Shown piece after piece: positions 29,564 through 29,748 of a stretch of 29,748 bases of DNA. The notes below the pieces were generated by a model. It ran no database searches, was not told the origin of the DNA, and saw only the letters and a program-made list of their open reading frames with translations. The position numbers and the translations under genes were made by a program. This DNA comes from Synechococcus sp. (lineage in GTDB: Bacteria > Cyanobacteriota > Cyanobacteriia > Thermostichales > PCC-7336). Numbering within the stretch: position 1 is the first letter of the stretch; each line of letters opens with the position of its first letter. Where the stretch lies: NCBI GenBank assembly GCA_051439425.1, contig JBFRWD010000069.1, forward strand, positions 1 through 29,748, in the 5' to 3' direction.

Positions 29564-29748
29564 GTATCACGAGAATCGAAGCATTCGCTCTATCGCCGGC
29601 CAATACCCTCTCAATTCAGAGTCGAGTGTTTGCCGGGGCTCATCAAAACATTCATCTAATCGGAGCGATATGTAGTAACAAATTTCCCACCAGAGTACTG
29701 TTCCGAGGACGCGAAGAACAATGGGTTGAATAAATTCGGAGATGATGC

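Overview
Chromosomal window from a cyanobacterium (about 17 HIP1 GCGATCGC sites, cyanobacterial GlnB, NdhCKJ, CPP1-like protein and a Yfr2-like sRNA). It is mostly core metabolism. It holds an sdhA-sdhB-hdrB-like (type E succinate:quinone reductase) operon, a glnB-amt pair behind an NtcA box and divergent from acnB, tenA, ndhCKJ and gcvH. It also holds a TM0106-family nuclease and a histidine kinase / receiver pseudogene / REC-PAS-GGDEF-EAL signalling locus. Features not explained by the gene annotation are: a ~95-bp, ~74%-identical structured direct repeat (10204-10299 and 11134-11228) that sits directly upstream of small minus-strand genes and brackets a two-gene unit in a cassette-like way; a hairpin-dense spacer in front of a truncated glycosyltransferase; and an orphan Cys-rich protein with a C-terminal PD-(D/E)XK-like nuclease domain (candidate defence gene). 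No tRNA, rRNA, CRISPR array, transposase or integrase was found. All calls are from manual reading, with no database searches.
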